From: Longimicrobiales bacterium
Lineage (GTDB): Bacteria > Gemmatimonadota > Gemmatimonadetes > Longimicrobiales > Gaopeijiaceae
Reading direction: 5' to 3'
Length of the DNA stretch: 64,000 nucleotides
Assembly (NCBI GenBank): GCA_965219445.1
Contig: CBDCNQ010000003.1
Coordinates: forward strand, 128,001 to 192,000
The stretch's first letter is position 1; each line of letters starts with the position of its first letter. The position numbers and the translations under genes were made by a program. The notes beneath the pieces are model-generated. The model saw nothing but the letters and a program-made list of their open reading frames with translations. It searched no databases and was not told the DNA's origin. Below, piece after piece: positions 40,837 to 50,546 of the stretch.

Positions 40837-41865
40837 CGCAGCCGCCCCGGTGTGTCTTGGGGCGGAAGTCACGAGAGTCCTGGACTCCGCTGACATCGTC
40901 GAGCTCCTTTGTGCGGTGTGATATACGTGTCTTCCTTCAGAAAACCTCATCTTCGTCCAGCGCGGGCTATCCCCACGCTATGTCCTCAGGCCGGCGATTA
41001 GGCCGCCTCCTCTAGGAACTGGGTCACCACCTGCACCAGCTCCTGCGGTTTGTCCATGTGCACGTAGTGGCCGGACTTGTCGATTACCTCCAGCTTGGCG
41101 TTGGGCAGGTTTTCTACGATCTCCTGCCCCAGCTTGCTGCTGATGAAACGATCGTATTTGCCCCACACCACCAGCACGGGTGTTTGAAGCTCTTGTGCGC
41201 GCGGCTCAAAGTATTCCTGACCCATGCGGAAGTTTTGGAAGTACGAAAGAAACGCCTCTTGGGTGCTCTTACTCACACCATCGGCCAAGAATTCTCGTCG
41301 CACCTCAGCCGGGATGGAGTGCCCCCTGTAAAATCCTTTGAAGTACGAAATTTCGGCTGTGATGCGCGGAAACCAGCGCACCAGGGCCTTGCCGATGATC
41401 GAGCCTTTTTTGGCAAAGCTCTTGAGCTCCCAGGAGGAGTATTGTGGCCGCGGAAACGGAATGCCGTCCATCACCGCCAGCTTGGAGACACGGCTCGGGT
41501 GCTCGAGGCCGACCAGTAGCGAAGGGAGAAGGGCAATGTCTGTGGCCACCAGGTTCGCCTGACGGATCTGAAGCGAGTCCATGAAGTCTACAATCACCTC
41601 CGCAAAGCGGCGTGACGTGTAGTCCTCGGGCGACGTCAACGGATCGCTCCCGCCAAAACCAGGCCAATCGATCGCCAGCACGTGGTACTTTTCGGCCAGG
41701 AGTGGCGCCACAGCGTACCAAGCCTGCAGATTCTCGGGCACGCCATGCAGCAACAACACCGTCGGGTTCGCAGGGTCGCCCAACTCGGCAAACCGGATGT
41801 TGAGATCTTCCTTTTCCAACCGCACGGTCTTGGTAGCCAGCAGACGGTTCGGTTTTTCCATTGTT

Positions 41866-43765
41866 GTGGGCCCGGCATGGGCGATGACTTGGAGGTGAAA
41901 GTCCTCCCGGAACCTGGTCGCAGGGACCGAAGGGAAGCGCAAGGCGTTCGTCGTGAGGCGTACGCTGAACGAAGCGTGAAACGAACCCGTGAGTCGACGA
42001 ACAGGAACCGGATACGAGGCGCTGCGGACCGGGGCGAGCGGACCACTGACCGCGAAGCTCCTGCGACCAAGGGGAAGCGGCGTAGATCCGGCGATTGTGC
42101 GGGGAAGGTCATCGTTCTTACCCGGGGAGGTCTCGCCTGACGCCTGAAAGGGTGACGCCGGCACTGCGCTATCGTGCGTGCCGGCGGAGCGAGAAGTCAG
42201 CAGAGGCCATAGTAGGCCGACGAAGTGCATGATGCGCTTGGACCCAGCTTTGTCGGACGAAGGGCCGAACGGAGAGGAGAGCGTGACGACCGTGGACCTC
42301 GGCAAGGCCATGCGCCAGGAGTCCAGGCAACTGGGGCTCCCACTGGAGGATAGGGGTGAAGCCCCGAAGGTAGAGGGGAGTGGCGAAGCCGGAACGGTGG
42401 CCCATGGAGACGAGCGCTCAGGAAGCGAGCATCTCCTGATGCAGGAGGTGGTCGGGCGTGCCAACCTCGTAGGAGCGTTGAAACGCGTGCGGCAGAATAA
42501 GGGCAGTCCGGGCATCGACGGGATGAACGTGGAGGAGCTGCCAGAGTACTTGCGCAGGCACTGGGGGGAGATCCGACAGCGGTTGCTGGCGGGGACCTAC
42601 CAACCGAAGCCGGTACGAAGGCAGGAGATACCGAAGAGTGGGGGAGGGGTCCGGGAGTTGGGGATTCCGACCGTGCTGGACCGGTTCATCCAACAAGCCA
42701 TCCTGCAGGTGATGCAACCGAGGTTCGACCCGACGTTCAGTCGGCACAGCCACGGCTTCCGGCCTGGGCGCCGAGCACACGATGCGGTGCGCGAAGCGCA
42801 GCACTACATCCAGGAGGGGAGACGATGGGTGGTGGATGTGGACCTGGAGAAGTTTTTCGACCGGGTGAACCACGACGTGCTGATGGGGCGGCTGGCAAAG
42901 CGGATCGAGGATAAGGCGATGCTGCGGATCCTCCGTCGCTACCTACAGGCCGGAGTCATGGCGAACGGGGTGGTGATGGAGCGGCACATGGGGACGCCTC
43001 AGGGCGGACCGTTGTCGCCGTTGCTGGCGAACGTGCTCCTGGACGAAGTGGACCAGGAGTTGGAGCTACGCGGACACGCGTTTGTCCGGTACGCCGATGA
43101 CTGCAATGTATACGTGCGGTCGAGGCGGGCAGGACAACGTGTGATGCAGGCGCTGAGGCACCTGTACGGGAAACTTCGGCTTCAGGTCAACGAGGAAAAG
43201 AGCGCGGTGGCGCGAGTGTGGGATCGACAGTTCCTGGGCTACAGCTTCTGGGTAGCGGCAGGGAAGGTCGTGAAGCGCCGGGTCAGCAAGAAGGCCCTGA
43301 CGAAGTTCAAAGAGCGAGTCCGGCAGATTACAAGCCGGAGCGGCGGGCGGAGCCTGCAACAGGTGGCGGAAGAGCTACGGAGCTACGTGCTGGGGTGGAA
43401 GGCATACTTCGGCTTAGCGGACACACCGGGGGGTTTCCGAGACCTGGACCAATGGATCCACCGCCGGCTGCGTACATTGCAATTACGCCAGTGGAAACGA
43501 GGAAGGACAGCGTACCGGGAGTTGAGGGCTCGCGGTGTGAGCGAGAACCTCGCCTGGCGAGCTGCTCGGTTCGCGCGAAGCTGGTGGCACGTGGCTGCGC
43601 ACCACGCCCTGCACACGGCCTTGCCGGGGGCGTACTTCGACGAGCTGGGTGTGCCCCGGCTCACGCCGTACTGACCTCAACTCACCGAACCGCCAGGTGC
43701 GGACCCGCATGCCTGGTGGTGTGGGAGGGGAAGGACCGGGAACGCCGGTCCTCCCCTATCCCGAT
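41866..43765 (+). mobile_element. Group II intron, class C (IIC)
   Basis: 5' GTGGGCCCGGCATGG; domain V GAACCGCCAGGTGCGGACCCGCATGCCTGGTGGTGTG with CGC triad; domain VI ending CCCTATCCCGAT; removal restores the host frame. Confidence 0.92.
42283..43674 (+). CDS. ltrA: Group II intron reverse transcriptase/maturase, no endonuclease domain
   Basis: NKGSPGIDG; RELGIPTVLDR; DLEKFFDRVNHD; GTPQGGPLSPLL; RYADD; FLGY; maturase GWKAYF; start could be 42283, 42310 or 42439. Confidence 0.93.
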   Translation: MTTVDLGKAMRQESRQLGLPLEDRGEAPKVEGSGEAGTVAHGDERSGSEHLLMQEVVGRANLVGALKRVRQNKGSPGIDGMNVEELPEYLRRHWGEIRQRLLAGTYQPKPVRRQEIPKSGGGVRELGIPTVLDRFIQQAILQVMQPRFDPTFSRHSHGFRPGRRAHDAVREAQHYIQEGRRWVVDVDLEKFFDRVNHDVLMGRLAKRIEDKAMLRILRRYLQAGVMANGVVMERHMGTPQGGPLSPLLANVLLDEVDQELELRGHAFVRYADDCNVYVRSRRAGQRVMQALRHLYGKLRLQVNEEKSAVARVWDRQFLGYSFWVAAGKVVKRRVSKKALTKFKERVRQITSRSGGRSLQQVAEELRSYVLGWKAYFGLADTPGGFRDLDQWIHRRLRTLQLRQWKRGRTAYRELRARGVSENLAWRAARFARSWWHVAAHHALHTALPGAYFDELGVPRLTPY

Positions 43766-43876
43766 CCGCGGCGATCGGTGTTCAATGGTGTTTTTTCCGA
43801 TCGAGCTAAGAGTCCGGCGTCACTCGTGTTCATGTTTCCTCTCCTTGGTTTGGGATACTGATAACTCGAGTTTCAT

Positions 43877-44407
43877 CTAGGCCGCGAAGATTCTTACCGC
43901 ACGCCGATAAGAGACAGCTTGCGAGAGAAATCCAAACAGTACAGGCAAGGCGTAAACCTGAGCTAGCAGCGCCGTGGGTGCCGCACCGATGCCACCGGTA
44001 CTCAATGACGCCTCAGCCAGGATAATGGCCGAATTGATGGTTCCGATAATCAATCCAATTGTCACAGCCCTTGCGGGAATCCCATGTAGAAAAGCGGTTG
44101 CGACAAGATTCTCCGTCGTCTCGGGTATATGCTCTTTTTTGGCATCCCCCCAGGCCCGCCGGATAGCCGTGAGTTGCGAGATCGCAATGACTACGAAAGG
44201 GGTCACATATGCCAAAAGCAGAGGCACAATCTGAATCGTGTCGGATCCAAAGAGCGCATCGAATTGATTGATCCACGTCAGTGCGCTGCCAATGATCAGA
44301 GCGAGTATCGCTGAGCGGCGTAGCACGCCGCCCGTCAATTGGGCTGACTCAGGGAGACCCCAGCGTTGCCGGTTTTCCGAATGCCCTGTGCTGGTTCCTG
44401 TTTTCAT
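43877..44407 (-). CDS. Small membrane protein with two NrtS-like repeats
   Basis: RSAILALIIGSALTWINQ...YVTPFVV and a second RAVTIGLIIGTINSAI...YALPVL repeat. Confidence 0.6.
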   Translation of the reverse strand: MKTGTSTGHSENRQRWGLPESAQLTGGVLRRSAILALIIGSALTWINQFDALFGSDTIQIVPLLLAYVTPFVVIAISQLTAIRRAWGDAKKEHIPETTENLVATAFLHGIPARAVTIGLIIGTINSAIILAEASLSTGGIGAAPTALLAQVYALPVLFGFLSQAVSYRRAVRIFAA

Positions 44408-44428
44408 CTTTCGATATGCTCCAGTAAG

Positions 44429-44440
44429 GTGTATATACAC
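44429..44440. promoter_or_regulatory. Palindromic operator GTGTATATACAC (putative MarR box)
   Basis: Perfect 12-bp palindrome; an identical copy lies at 44926-44937. Confidence 0.75.
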
Positions 44441-44459
44441 TTAATCGTTCAAAAAAACT

Positions 44460-44921
44460 TCACCCGTTTTGCACCACGCCAATCGTTGTCTCTAGATCAT
44501 CCAGAAAGGCTGACCAACGCTTCTGACCAAGACCGTCGACTAGCCGGGACTGCGCCTCTCGCCAATAGGGAAGGGCATCTTCAAGCACTGTCTTCCCCTC
44601 GTCCGTTAGGCTGACGATGCGCACCCGTTGATCCTCGTCCTGTTCAATGCGGACCAGTCGCTTCTCAACGAGTGGCCTGAGATTTCGCGTTAACGTCGTA
44701 CGGTCCATAACAAGGGCGTCTGCCAACTGCGTCAGTGGTGTATCTCCCAGTCTCGCCAGTGCCGAGATCACGGTGAATTGGGTTACCTGCAGGCCAACCG
44801 GCCGCAAGCCGGCGTTATAGACTTGCGTCACCGATCGCGTTGCTTTGCGCAAGTTTGCGATTGTGCAATTCGCTCGATCCAGGGCATTGCGACTCTGATT
44901 TGCAGGTTTCTTGGTGGTCAT
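44460..44921 (-). CDS. MarR-family transcriptional regulator
   Basis: C...LRKATRSVTQ.Y; QFTVI; MDRTTLTRNL; DQR.R.VSLTDEG. Confidence 0.92.
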   Translation of the reverse strand: MTTKKPANQSRNALDRANCTIANLRKATRSVTQVYNAGLRPVGLQVTQFTVISALARLGDTPLTQLADALVMDRTTLTRNLRPLVEKRLVRIEQDEDQRVRIVSLTDEGKTVLEDALPYWREAQSRLVDGLGQKRWSAFLDDLETTIGVVQNG

Positions 44922-44925
44922 TTAC

Positions 44926-44957
44926 GTGTATATACACTATTTGGCCTTGCCTGTCAA
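44926..44957 (-). promoter_or_regulatory. marR sigma70 promoter with overlapping operator; likely leaderless mRNA
   Basis: TTGACA-17 nt-TATATA-7 nt-ATG; the -10 lies inside GTGTATATACAC. Confidence 0.72.
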
Positions 44958-44991
44958 GACAAGGGTTTTGATCGGGTCGGTGCAGAGAAAC

Positions 44992-45148
44992 CTGTAACAC
45001 AACCTGTATCATCGCCCACCAGCGCTGGCTGGCGCCCACCAGCGCAGAATCCGGGAAAACCCCTAATTCCAGCGCCCACGAGCGCTCACGAGCGCTCGAC
45101 TCATATCTGATAAGCGTGAGGTCGGTAGTTCGAGTCTACCCAGGCCCA
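44992..45148 (+). repeat. att-like site 2: 115-bp arm plus 42-nt tRNA-Ile(GAT) 3' portion
   Basis: Arm matches 47678-47792 at 112/115 by manual comparison; tRNA part identical to 25161-25202. Confidence 0.9.
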
Positions 45149-45374
45149 TTGATGGAAATTGAAGCCCCCCAACGCCTTCGGGTCTTGCGGACAGAAACGC
45201 CGCACCTTTCGTTCGGGATGCGAGGCGCTTGTCGTCGACGCGTGGTCCACCGGAGGCCTCGCGGTTGCCCCCTTGTCGTTCCCGATCTACGATTCGCGAA
45301 TTCATCGCGTTGTGACGCCCATGAGGGTTACAGCGCCGTTCTATGACCTCGGGGAATCAGGAGCAACGAGCATC

Positions 45375-47546
45375 ATGAAAGTCGACCCTCGACCCTTCCG
45401 CATGCGGACTCTCCTGCTTTGCGTCGGCCTCGCCTCGGCGGCCTCGATGGCGACGGCGGCTCCGGCGTCCGCTCAGGTCCAGACGGGGACCGAGAACGGC
45501 GAGTGGCGCTATGTCGGCGGCAACGCCGGGCACACCCGCTACTCACCTCTTGAGCAGATCAACGCCGCCAACTTCGCGGATCTCGAGGTGGCGTGGATTT
45601 GGCGGGGGGACAACTTCGGCCCCAACGTCGACTACTTTTTCCGGTCCACGCCGCTCTACGTCGATGGAGTGGTCTACACGATTGCCACGCCGCGCCGGCA
45701 GGTGGTCGCGATGGACCCCGCCACGGGCGAGACGCTCTGGGTGTTCCGCGAGCCCGAGACGGTCAGGCACCTGCGGTCCCCCAGGCAGGCCTACGGCAAG
45801 GGCGTCGCTTATGCCGAGGTGGACGGTCGCGGCGTGATCTTCGTCATTACCCCCGCGTTCTTCCTCTGGGCTCTCGACGCCAAAACAGGACTGCCCCTGG
45901 AGGATTGGGGCACCCCCATACCGCTGGACGATTTCCCGCAGACCGGGGGCGTCGATCTGATCCCTGGTCTCGTCGGGGACTGGGGCCGCTGGCAGGACTA
46001 TCTCGCCCAGGGCAACATCTACGACCCGGACCACGGGATTCCGAGAGAACTCGGCATGGTCAGCAGCTCGGCGCCGCCGATCGTGGTCAACGGTGTGGTA
46101 GTCGTAGGCACCGGCCACGAGGCCAGCTATAACCAGACCCGGATCGAGAATGTCCCGGGTGATATCCAGGGCTACGATGCCAGAACAGGAGAGTTTCTCT
46201 GGAAGTTCCACATCATCCCCCGGCCCGGCGAGTTCGGGCACGAGACGTGGGAGAACGACGCCTGGCAGTGGTCCGGGGACATGTCGCAATGGGCTCTCGC
46301 GTCCGCCGACCCGGAGCTGGGACTCGTCTACATGGTGACGAACGCCTCGACCGTGCAGACGTACACGGGCCAGCGCCCCGGAGACAACCTCTTCGGGGGC
46401 AGCGTCATCGCGTTGGACGTGAGGACCGGCGAGCGGCGATGGCACTTCCAGATTCACCACAGCGACCAGTGGAACTACGACCTGCCGACCCCGCCCATGC
46501 TGATGGACCTGACGGTGGACGGGGAGGTAATCCCGGCGTTGGTACAGAACACCAAGCAAGGCCTCGTCTTCGCGTTCAACCGGGAGACCGGTGAGCCCAT
46601 TTGGCCGATTGAGGAGCGCCCGGTCATCCAGACCGAGGTCCCCGGCAATTACACCGCGGTCACGCAGCCCTATCCGACCCTGCCGGAACCGTTGGACGAC
46701 ATCGTGTTGAACGGACTCACTGAGGAGTTCGTCATCGACTACACGCCGGATCTGGAGGCTCAGGCGCAGATCATACTGAGTCAGTTCCGGATCGGGGGCC
46801 TCTACGTGCCGCCGCTTCCCTACAATCATGACAACGGCTTCCGCAACAATGTCGGCTGCCAAGGGGCCGGAAACGTCATCCCGCACCCCCCGGTCGCGGA
46901 TCCCACTACGGGCACGATATACGCAAACCACCACCGGAACTGCAGCGCCCCCGCGTTCATGCAGCCCACGGATGGGGAGGCCGCGGATATCCCGGAGTAT
47001 GCTTCGCCTGGTGCTGGCTACTCCACCCCCACCTTTACTCCGACGACGGGCACGACCGTGGCGGCGTGGTTGCCAGGCGGCGGGCCCGTGCAGCGCCGCG
47101 AGCCGCTTCCGAGGATCGAGGGCCTGCGGCTCTGGAAGCCGATGGACAACCAGCTCACCGCCATGGATATGAACAGAGGCCGGCGGACCTGGTCGGTGCC
47201 GGTCGGCGAGACCCCCGAGGAGATCCGGGACCACCCTCTTCTAGCGGGAGTGGACGTTCCCAATACGGGAGGCACCGGCTTTTCGATCCAGATGGTGACG
47301 GGGAGCGTCTTGGTCCAGACCAGGGCGTACAGCTCGGGGCCTGGGCAGTCGGTTCCCGACGAGCCGTTCGAGCTCCACGCGCGCGACAAGGGGACCGGCG
47401 AGATCCTGGCGAGCGTCGAGCTCCCGGCCCCCGGCCAGTACGGGATGATGACCTACATGCACGAGGGCAAACAGTACATCGTGGTGCAGATCGGTAACGT
47501 CCACGTAGACTTTCCGGGCTCGCTGGTGGCGCTGACTCTGCCCTGA
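45375..47546 (+). CDS. PQQ-dependent dehydrogenase, soluble glucose/quinate-DH-like subfamily
   Basis: RYSPLEQIN; SSAPPIV; PGDIQGYD; RPGDNLF; WNYD; TYMHEGKQYIVV. Confidence 0.88.
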   Translation: MKVDPRPFRMRTLLLCVGLASAASMATAAPASAQVQTGTENGEWRYVGGNAGHTRYSPLEQINAANFADLEVAWIWRGDNFGPNVDYFFRSTPLYVDGVVYTIATPRRQVVAMDPATGETLWVFREPETVRHLRSPRQAYGKGVAYAEVDGRGVIFVITPAFFLWALDAKTGLPLEDWGTPIPLDDFPQTGGVDLIPGLVGDWGRWQDYLAQGNIYDPDHGIPRELGMVSSSAPPIVVNGVVVVGTGHEASYNQTRIENVPGDIQGYDARTGEFLWKFHIIPRPGEFGHETWENDAWQWSGDMSQWALASADPELGLVYMVTNASTVQTYTGQRPGDNLFGGSVIALDVRTGERRWHFQIHHSDQWNYDLPTPPMLMDLTVDGEVIPALVQNTKQGLVFAFNRETGEPIWPIEERPVIQTEVPGNYTAVTQPYPTLPEPLDDIVLNGLTEEFVIDYTPDLEAQAQIILSQFRIGGLYVPPLPYNHDNGFRNNVGCQGAGNVIPHPPVADPTTGTIYANHHRNCSAPAFMQPTDGEAADIPEYASPGAGYSTPTFTPTTGTTVAAWLPGGGPVQRREPLPRIEGLRLWKPMDNQLTAMDMNRGRRTWSVPVGETPEEIRDHPLLAGVDVPNTGGTGFSIQMVTGSVLVQTRAYSSGPGQSVPDEPFELHARDKGTGEILASVELPAPGQYGMMTYMHEGKQYIVVQIGNVHVDFPGSLVALTLP

Positions 47547-47677
47547 TTCGTGCCCAGCATCCCCCGGGCTCCGTCCAGTTCCACGAGGCGACCCATCTCA
47601 CGGCCGCCGACCGCGACCTGATGCAGCAGATGCGTCTAAGGCGGGTGCGAGGGCAACCGCTCCGTGCTGGGCCGAAG

Positions 47678-47792
47678 CTGTAACACAACCTGTATCATCG
47701 CCCACCAGCGCTGGCCAGCGCCCACCAGCGCAGAATCCGGGAAAACCCCTAATTCCAGCGCCCACGAGCGCCCACGAGCGCTCGACTCATAT
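47678..47792 (+). repeat. att-like site 3: 115-bp arm without tRNA fragment
   Basis: Direct repeat of 44992-45106; similarity stops exactly where the tRNA fragment would begin. Confidence 0.9.
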
Positions 47793-49010
47793 GGGCAGGA
47801 GCGCGTCGGGGACAAGCGCCCAACTGGATCTGAAGTCGAACGCCGCGTTATTCGTGAGGTTCGTCTGGTTCAAGCCGTCGGCGTCCATCACGTAGATCTC
47901 ATAGTTCCCGTCGCGGTTGCTCGAGAAAGCGATCTTCGAGCTGTCCGGCGACCAGGCGGGAAATGCGTCCAACGCTGCGTTGTTAGTGAGGTTCACTGGG
48001 TTCGAGCCGTCGGCATCCATCACGTAGATCTCGTTGTTCCCGTCGCGGAAGCTAACGAAAACGATCTTCGAGCCGTCCGGCGACCATGAAGGCGCGGAGT
48101 CGAGCGACGCGTTGTTCGTGAGGTTCATCTGGTTCGAGCCGTCGGCGTTCATTACGTAGATCTCGTCGTTCCCGTCACGGTCGCTCGAGAAAGCGATCTT
48201 CGAGCCGTCCGGCGACCATGAAGGCAAAACCTCGAAACCCGTGGGATCCGTGTTGTTCGTGAGCCTCACCGGGTTCGAGCCGTCGGCGTCCATCACGTAG
48301 ATTGCATAGTTCACGCCGCGGTTGCTGTCAAAAGCGATCTTCGAGCCGTCCGGCGACCACACGGGATTATTGTCATCGACCCCAAGATTGTTCGTGAGCC
48401 TCATCAGGTTCGAGCCGTTGGCGTTCATTACGTAGATCTCGCCGTTCCCGTCGCGGTCGCTCGAGAAAGCGATCTCCGAGCCGTCCGGCGACCATGAAGG
48501 CCCGGAGTCGAACGCCTCGTTGTTAGTGAGCCTCGCCGGGTTCAAGCCGTCGGCGTCCATCACGTAGATCTCATCGTTCCCGTCGCGGTCGCTCGAGAAA
48601 GCGATCTCGGAAACAAGGACAAGCGGGCTCACAGTGATCGACAGCGCCTTCGTCGCGCTCTGACCGTCCCCGCTCACAACCCCCACGGTGAAGTTCTGGG
48701 TTTCGAGCACCGTCGGGGTTCCGCTGACCTGACCGCTCGCCGCGTTCAAGCTCAGACCCGTCGGTAGCGACCCGACCGTGACAGACCACGTGTAACTACC
48801 GTCCCCGCCGGTGGCAGCGAGCGTCTGACTGTAGGCAACAGTCTGTGCTGCGTTCGATAGCACCGTCGTTGTGACAGCCAGCGTCGCGAAACTTGGACCC
48901 ATAGTGTCATCGTTGCCTCCACAGCCCAGCGGGAGAAGAAGCAAGCTCGCGACGAAAAGAACTCTGCGGCCCGAGAGGGCGGCATTTAGGCGGATGATGG
49001 GATCGGACAT
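47787..49010 (-). CDS. Lipoprotein with putative Ig domain and TolB-like PD40 repeats
   Basis: Lipobox [14 protein letters not shown].....SGTPT Ig motif; six ~44-aa repeats ([22 protein letters not shown]); stop lies inside the arm repeat. Confidence 0.87.
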   Translation of the reverse strand: MSDPIIRLNAALSGRRVLFVASLLLLPLGCGGNDDTMGPSFATLAVTTTVLSNAAQTVAYSQTLAATGGDGSYTWSVTVGSLPTGLSLNAASGQVSGTPTVLETQNFTVGVVSGDGQSATKALSITVSPLVLVSEIAFSSDRDGNDEIYVMDADGLNPARLTNNEAFDSGPSWSPDGSEIAFSSDRDGNGEIYVMNANGSNLMRLTNNLGVDDNNPVWSPDGSKIAFDSNRGVNYAIYVMDADGSNPVRLTNNTDPTGFEVLPSWSPDGSKIAFSSDRDGNDEIYVMNADGSNQMNLTNNASLDSAPSWSPDGSKIVFVSFRDGNNEIYVMDADGSNPVNLTNNAALDAFPAWSPDSSKIAFSSNRDGNYEIYVMDADGLNQTNLTNNAAFDFRSSWALVPDALLPI

Positions 49011-49152
49011 GGGCGCACTCCAGGATCAGACCGCCGTCAACATCCGAGAGTGGGCCGGTGGGCGCAAGCGGAAGCACGTCACACGGCCAGAATCGCCGCT
49101 ACAGCAACACCAACGGCAGCCCCAGCACGAAGAGCGCCGGACGTAATATCGG

Positions 49153-50322
49153 CTAGCTCACGCCCCGCCGCGTGATCTTCAGAATCCGGTCGTCGTCCGA
49201 CGCCGGCTGACCGCGCCCGTCCTCGTTGCTCGTAGCGATGTACACTTCGCCATCGGGACCCACCAGAACGTCTCGCAGGCGACCGTAGTCGCCGCGGTAG
49301 ATCGCGTCGGTGCTCACGACCGAGCGGCCGTCTTCCGACAACTCGAGCCGCCAGAGTGCCGCGCCCCGCAGTGAGGTGACGAGGAGGCTTCCATTCCACG
49401 CGGGGATCCGGTCCGAGCCGTAGTAGTCGAGGCCGGAGATCCCCACGGTCGGCGTCCACGCCTCGAGCGGCTCTACCACGTCGTTGTCGTCGCAGTACTC
49501 ATCCTCGTCATCCACGTCGCCATCACAGAAGCCGTGGACGGACGGCCACCCGTGGTCGCCGCCCATCTCGACCCGCATCACCTCGTCGTTCGTTCTGGGT
49601 CCGTGCTCGGCGACGTACAGGTCACCCGTCTCGGGGTGGAACACGATGCCCTGCGGGTTCCGGTGGCCATATGAGTAGACACGCGTCCCGAACGGATTTC
49701 CGGGAGCCGGCCCTCCGTCCAGCGTGAGCCGCAGGACCTTGCCGGACAGAGAGCCGAGGTCCTGGGCCATGGGACGGTTTCCGGCGTCCCCCATGGTCAT
49801 GTACAAGAATCCGTCCAGGCCGACGACGAGCCTCGACCCGTCGTGGTTGCGACGCCCGGGAATCCCATCGACGAGAGTCTCCCGAGCGGTGAGGCGTCCC
49901 CCCTCGTAGCGCATGCGGATCAGGCGATTCTCGATACCGTTCCCGGCGGCATACGAGTGCGCTAGGTAGACGTACGGCTCCTGTTCGAAATCCGGGTGGA
50001 AGGCCATGCCCATCAGGCCGCTCTCACCCCGCTCGTGTACGGCAATCTCGGCCACGAGCGTGATCGCCCCTGTCTCCGGATCTACCCGAGATACACGACC
50101 TGCTCGCTCCGTAAACCAGATCGCGGCGTCGGGACCCCAGGCAAGATCCCAAGGGGTGTCGAGACCCGAAGCGAGCGTCTCGACGCGCAAGTCGGCGGCG
50201 GGGGTAGGGGTGCTCGGGGCGGCTTGCTGTGGAGCCGCACGGACGACGGCCGGGGGCGCCAGCGCCCCGCAAGCTGTCATAACGAGGATGGCTACCGGAG
50301 TCGGCGTGCGGCGCGTTCTCAT
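49153..50322 (-). CDS. PQQ-dependent sugar dehydrogenase (sGDH/YliI family)
   Basis: GLDTPW; ESGLMG.AFHPDF; HDGSRL; YGHRNPQG; EHGP; GRLRDV..GPDG. Confidence 0.9.
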   Translation of the reverse strand: MRTRRTPTPVAILVMTACGALAPPAVVRAAPQQAAPSTPTPAADLRVETLASGLDTPWDLAWGPDAAIWFTERAGRVSRVDPETGAITLVAEIAVHERGESGLMGMAFHPDFEQEPYVYLAHSYAAGNGIENRLIRMRYEGGRLTARETLVDGIPGRRNHDGSRLVVGLDGFLYMTMGDAGNRPMAQDLGSLSGKVLRLTLDGGPAPGNPFGTRVYSYGHRNPQGIVFHPETGDLYVAEHGPRTNDEVMRVEMGGDHGWPSVHGFCDGDVDDEDEYCDDNDVVEPLEAWTPTVGISGLDYYGSDRIPAWNGSLLVTSLRGAALWRLELSEDGRSVVSTDAIYRGDYGRLRDVLVGPDGEVYIATSNEDGRGQPASDDDRILKITRRGVS

Positions 50323-50546
50323 GATCGTTTCCTCCTTGTCGTACAGACCCGCCTAACAGGTCGGTGTCTAGATCCTTACCAAACCTGAATGCCTACCACG
50401 AAGGATCTAGCCCGAACAGCTTCCCCACCCGCCGTTGTCACTGCACAGCAAACGTGATGGGGAGCTGGATCCAAGCCTGGACCCGCTCGTCTCCGTTCAT
50501 AGCCGAGGTGAACTGGAAAACGGTCGCGACCCTGAGGGCCGCCGAT

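Larger units (their letters stand above)
40998..43833 (-). pseudogene. Alpha/beta-fold hydrolase interrupted near its 5' end by an antisense group II intron (parts 43833-43766 and 41865-40998)
   Basis: The parts join in frame: MNTSDAGLLARSEKTPLNTDRRG-TMEKPNRLL...; AAGGAGAGG RBS; LLLHG.P, DWPGFGGS, ATDIA, VVWGKYD, SGHYVH. Confidence 0.82.

Noticed and set aside
42283..43674. Reverse transcriptase as part of a DGR, retron or CRISPR-RT
   Set aside because: It has a maturase domain and is enclosed by group II intron 5' and domain V/VI sequences; no template/variable repeat pair, msr-msd or cas genes were seen.
47860..48610. ~132-bp periodic repeats as a CRISPR array
   Set aside because: They are in-frame coding repeats (PD40/TolB blades) with codon-position variation and no unique spacers.
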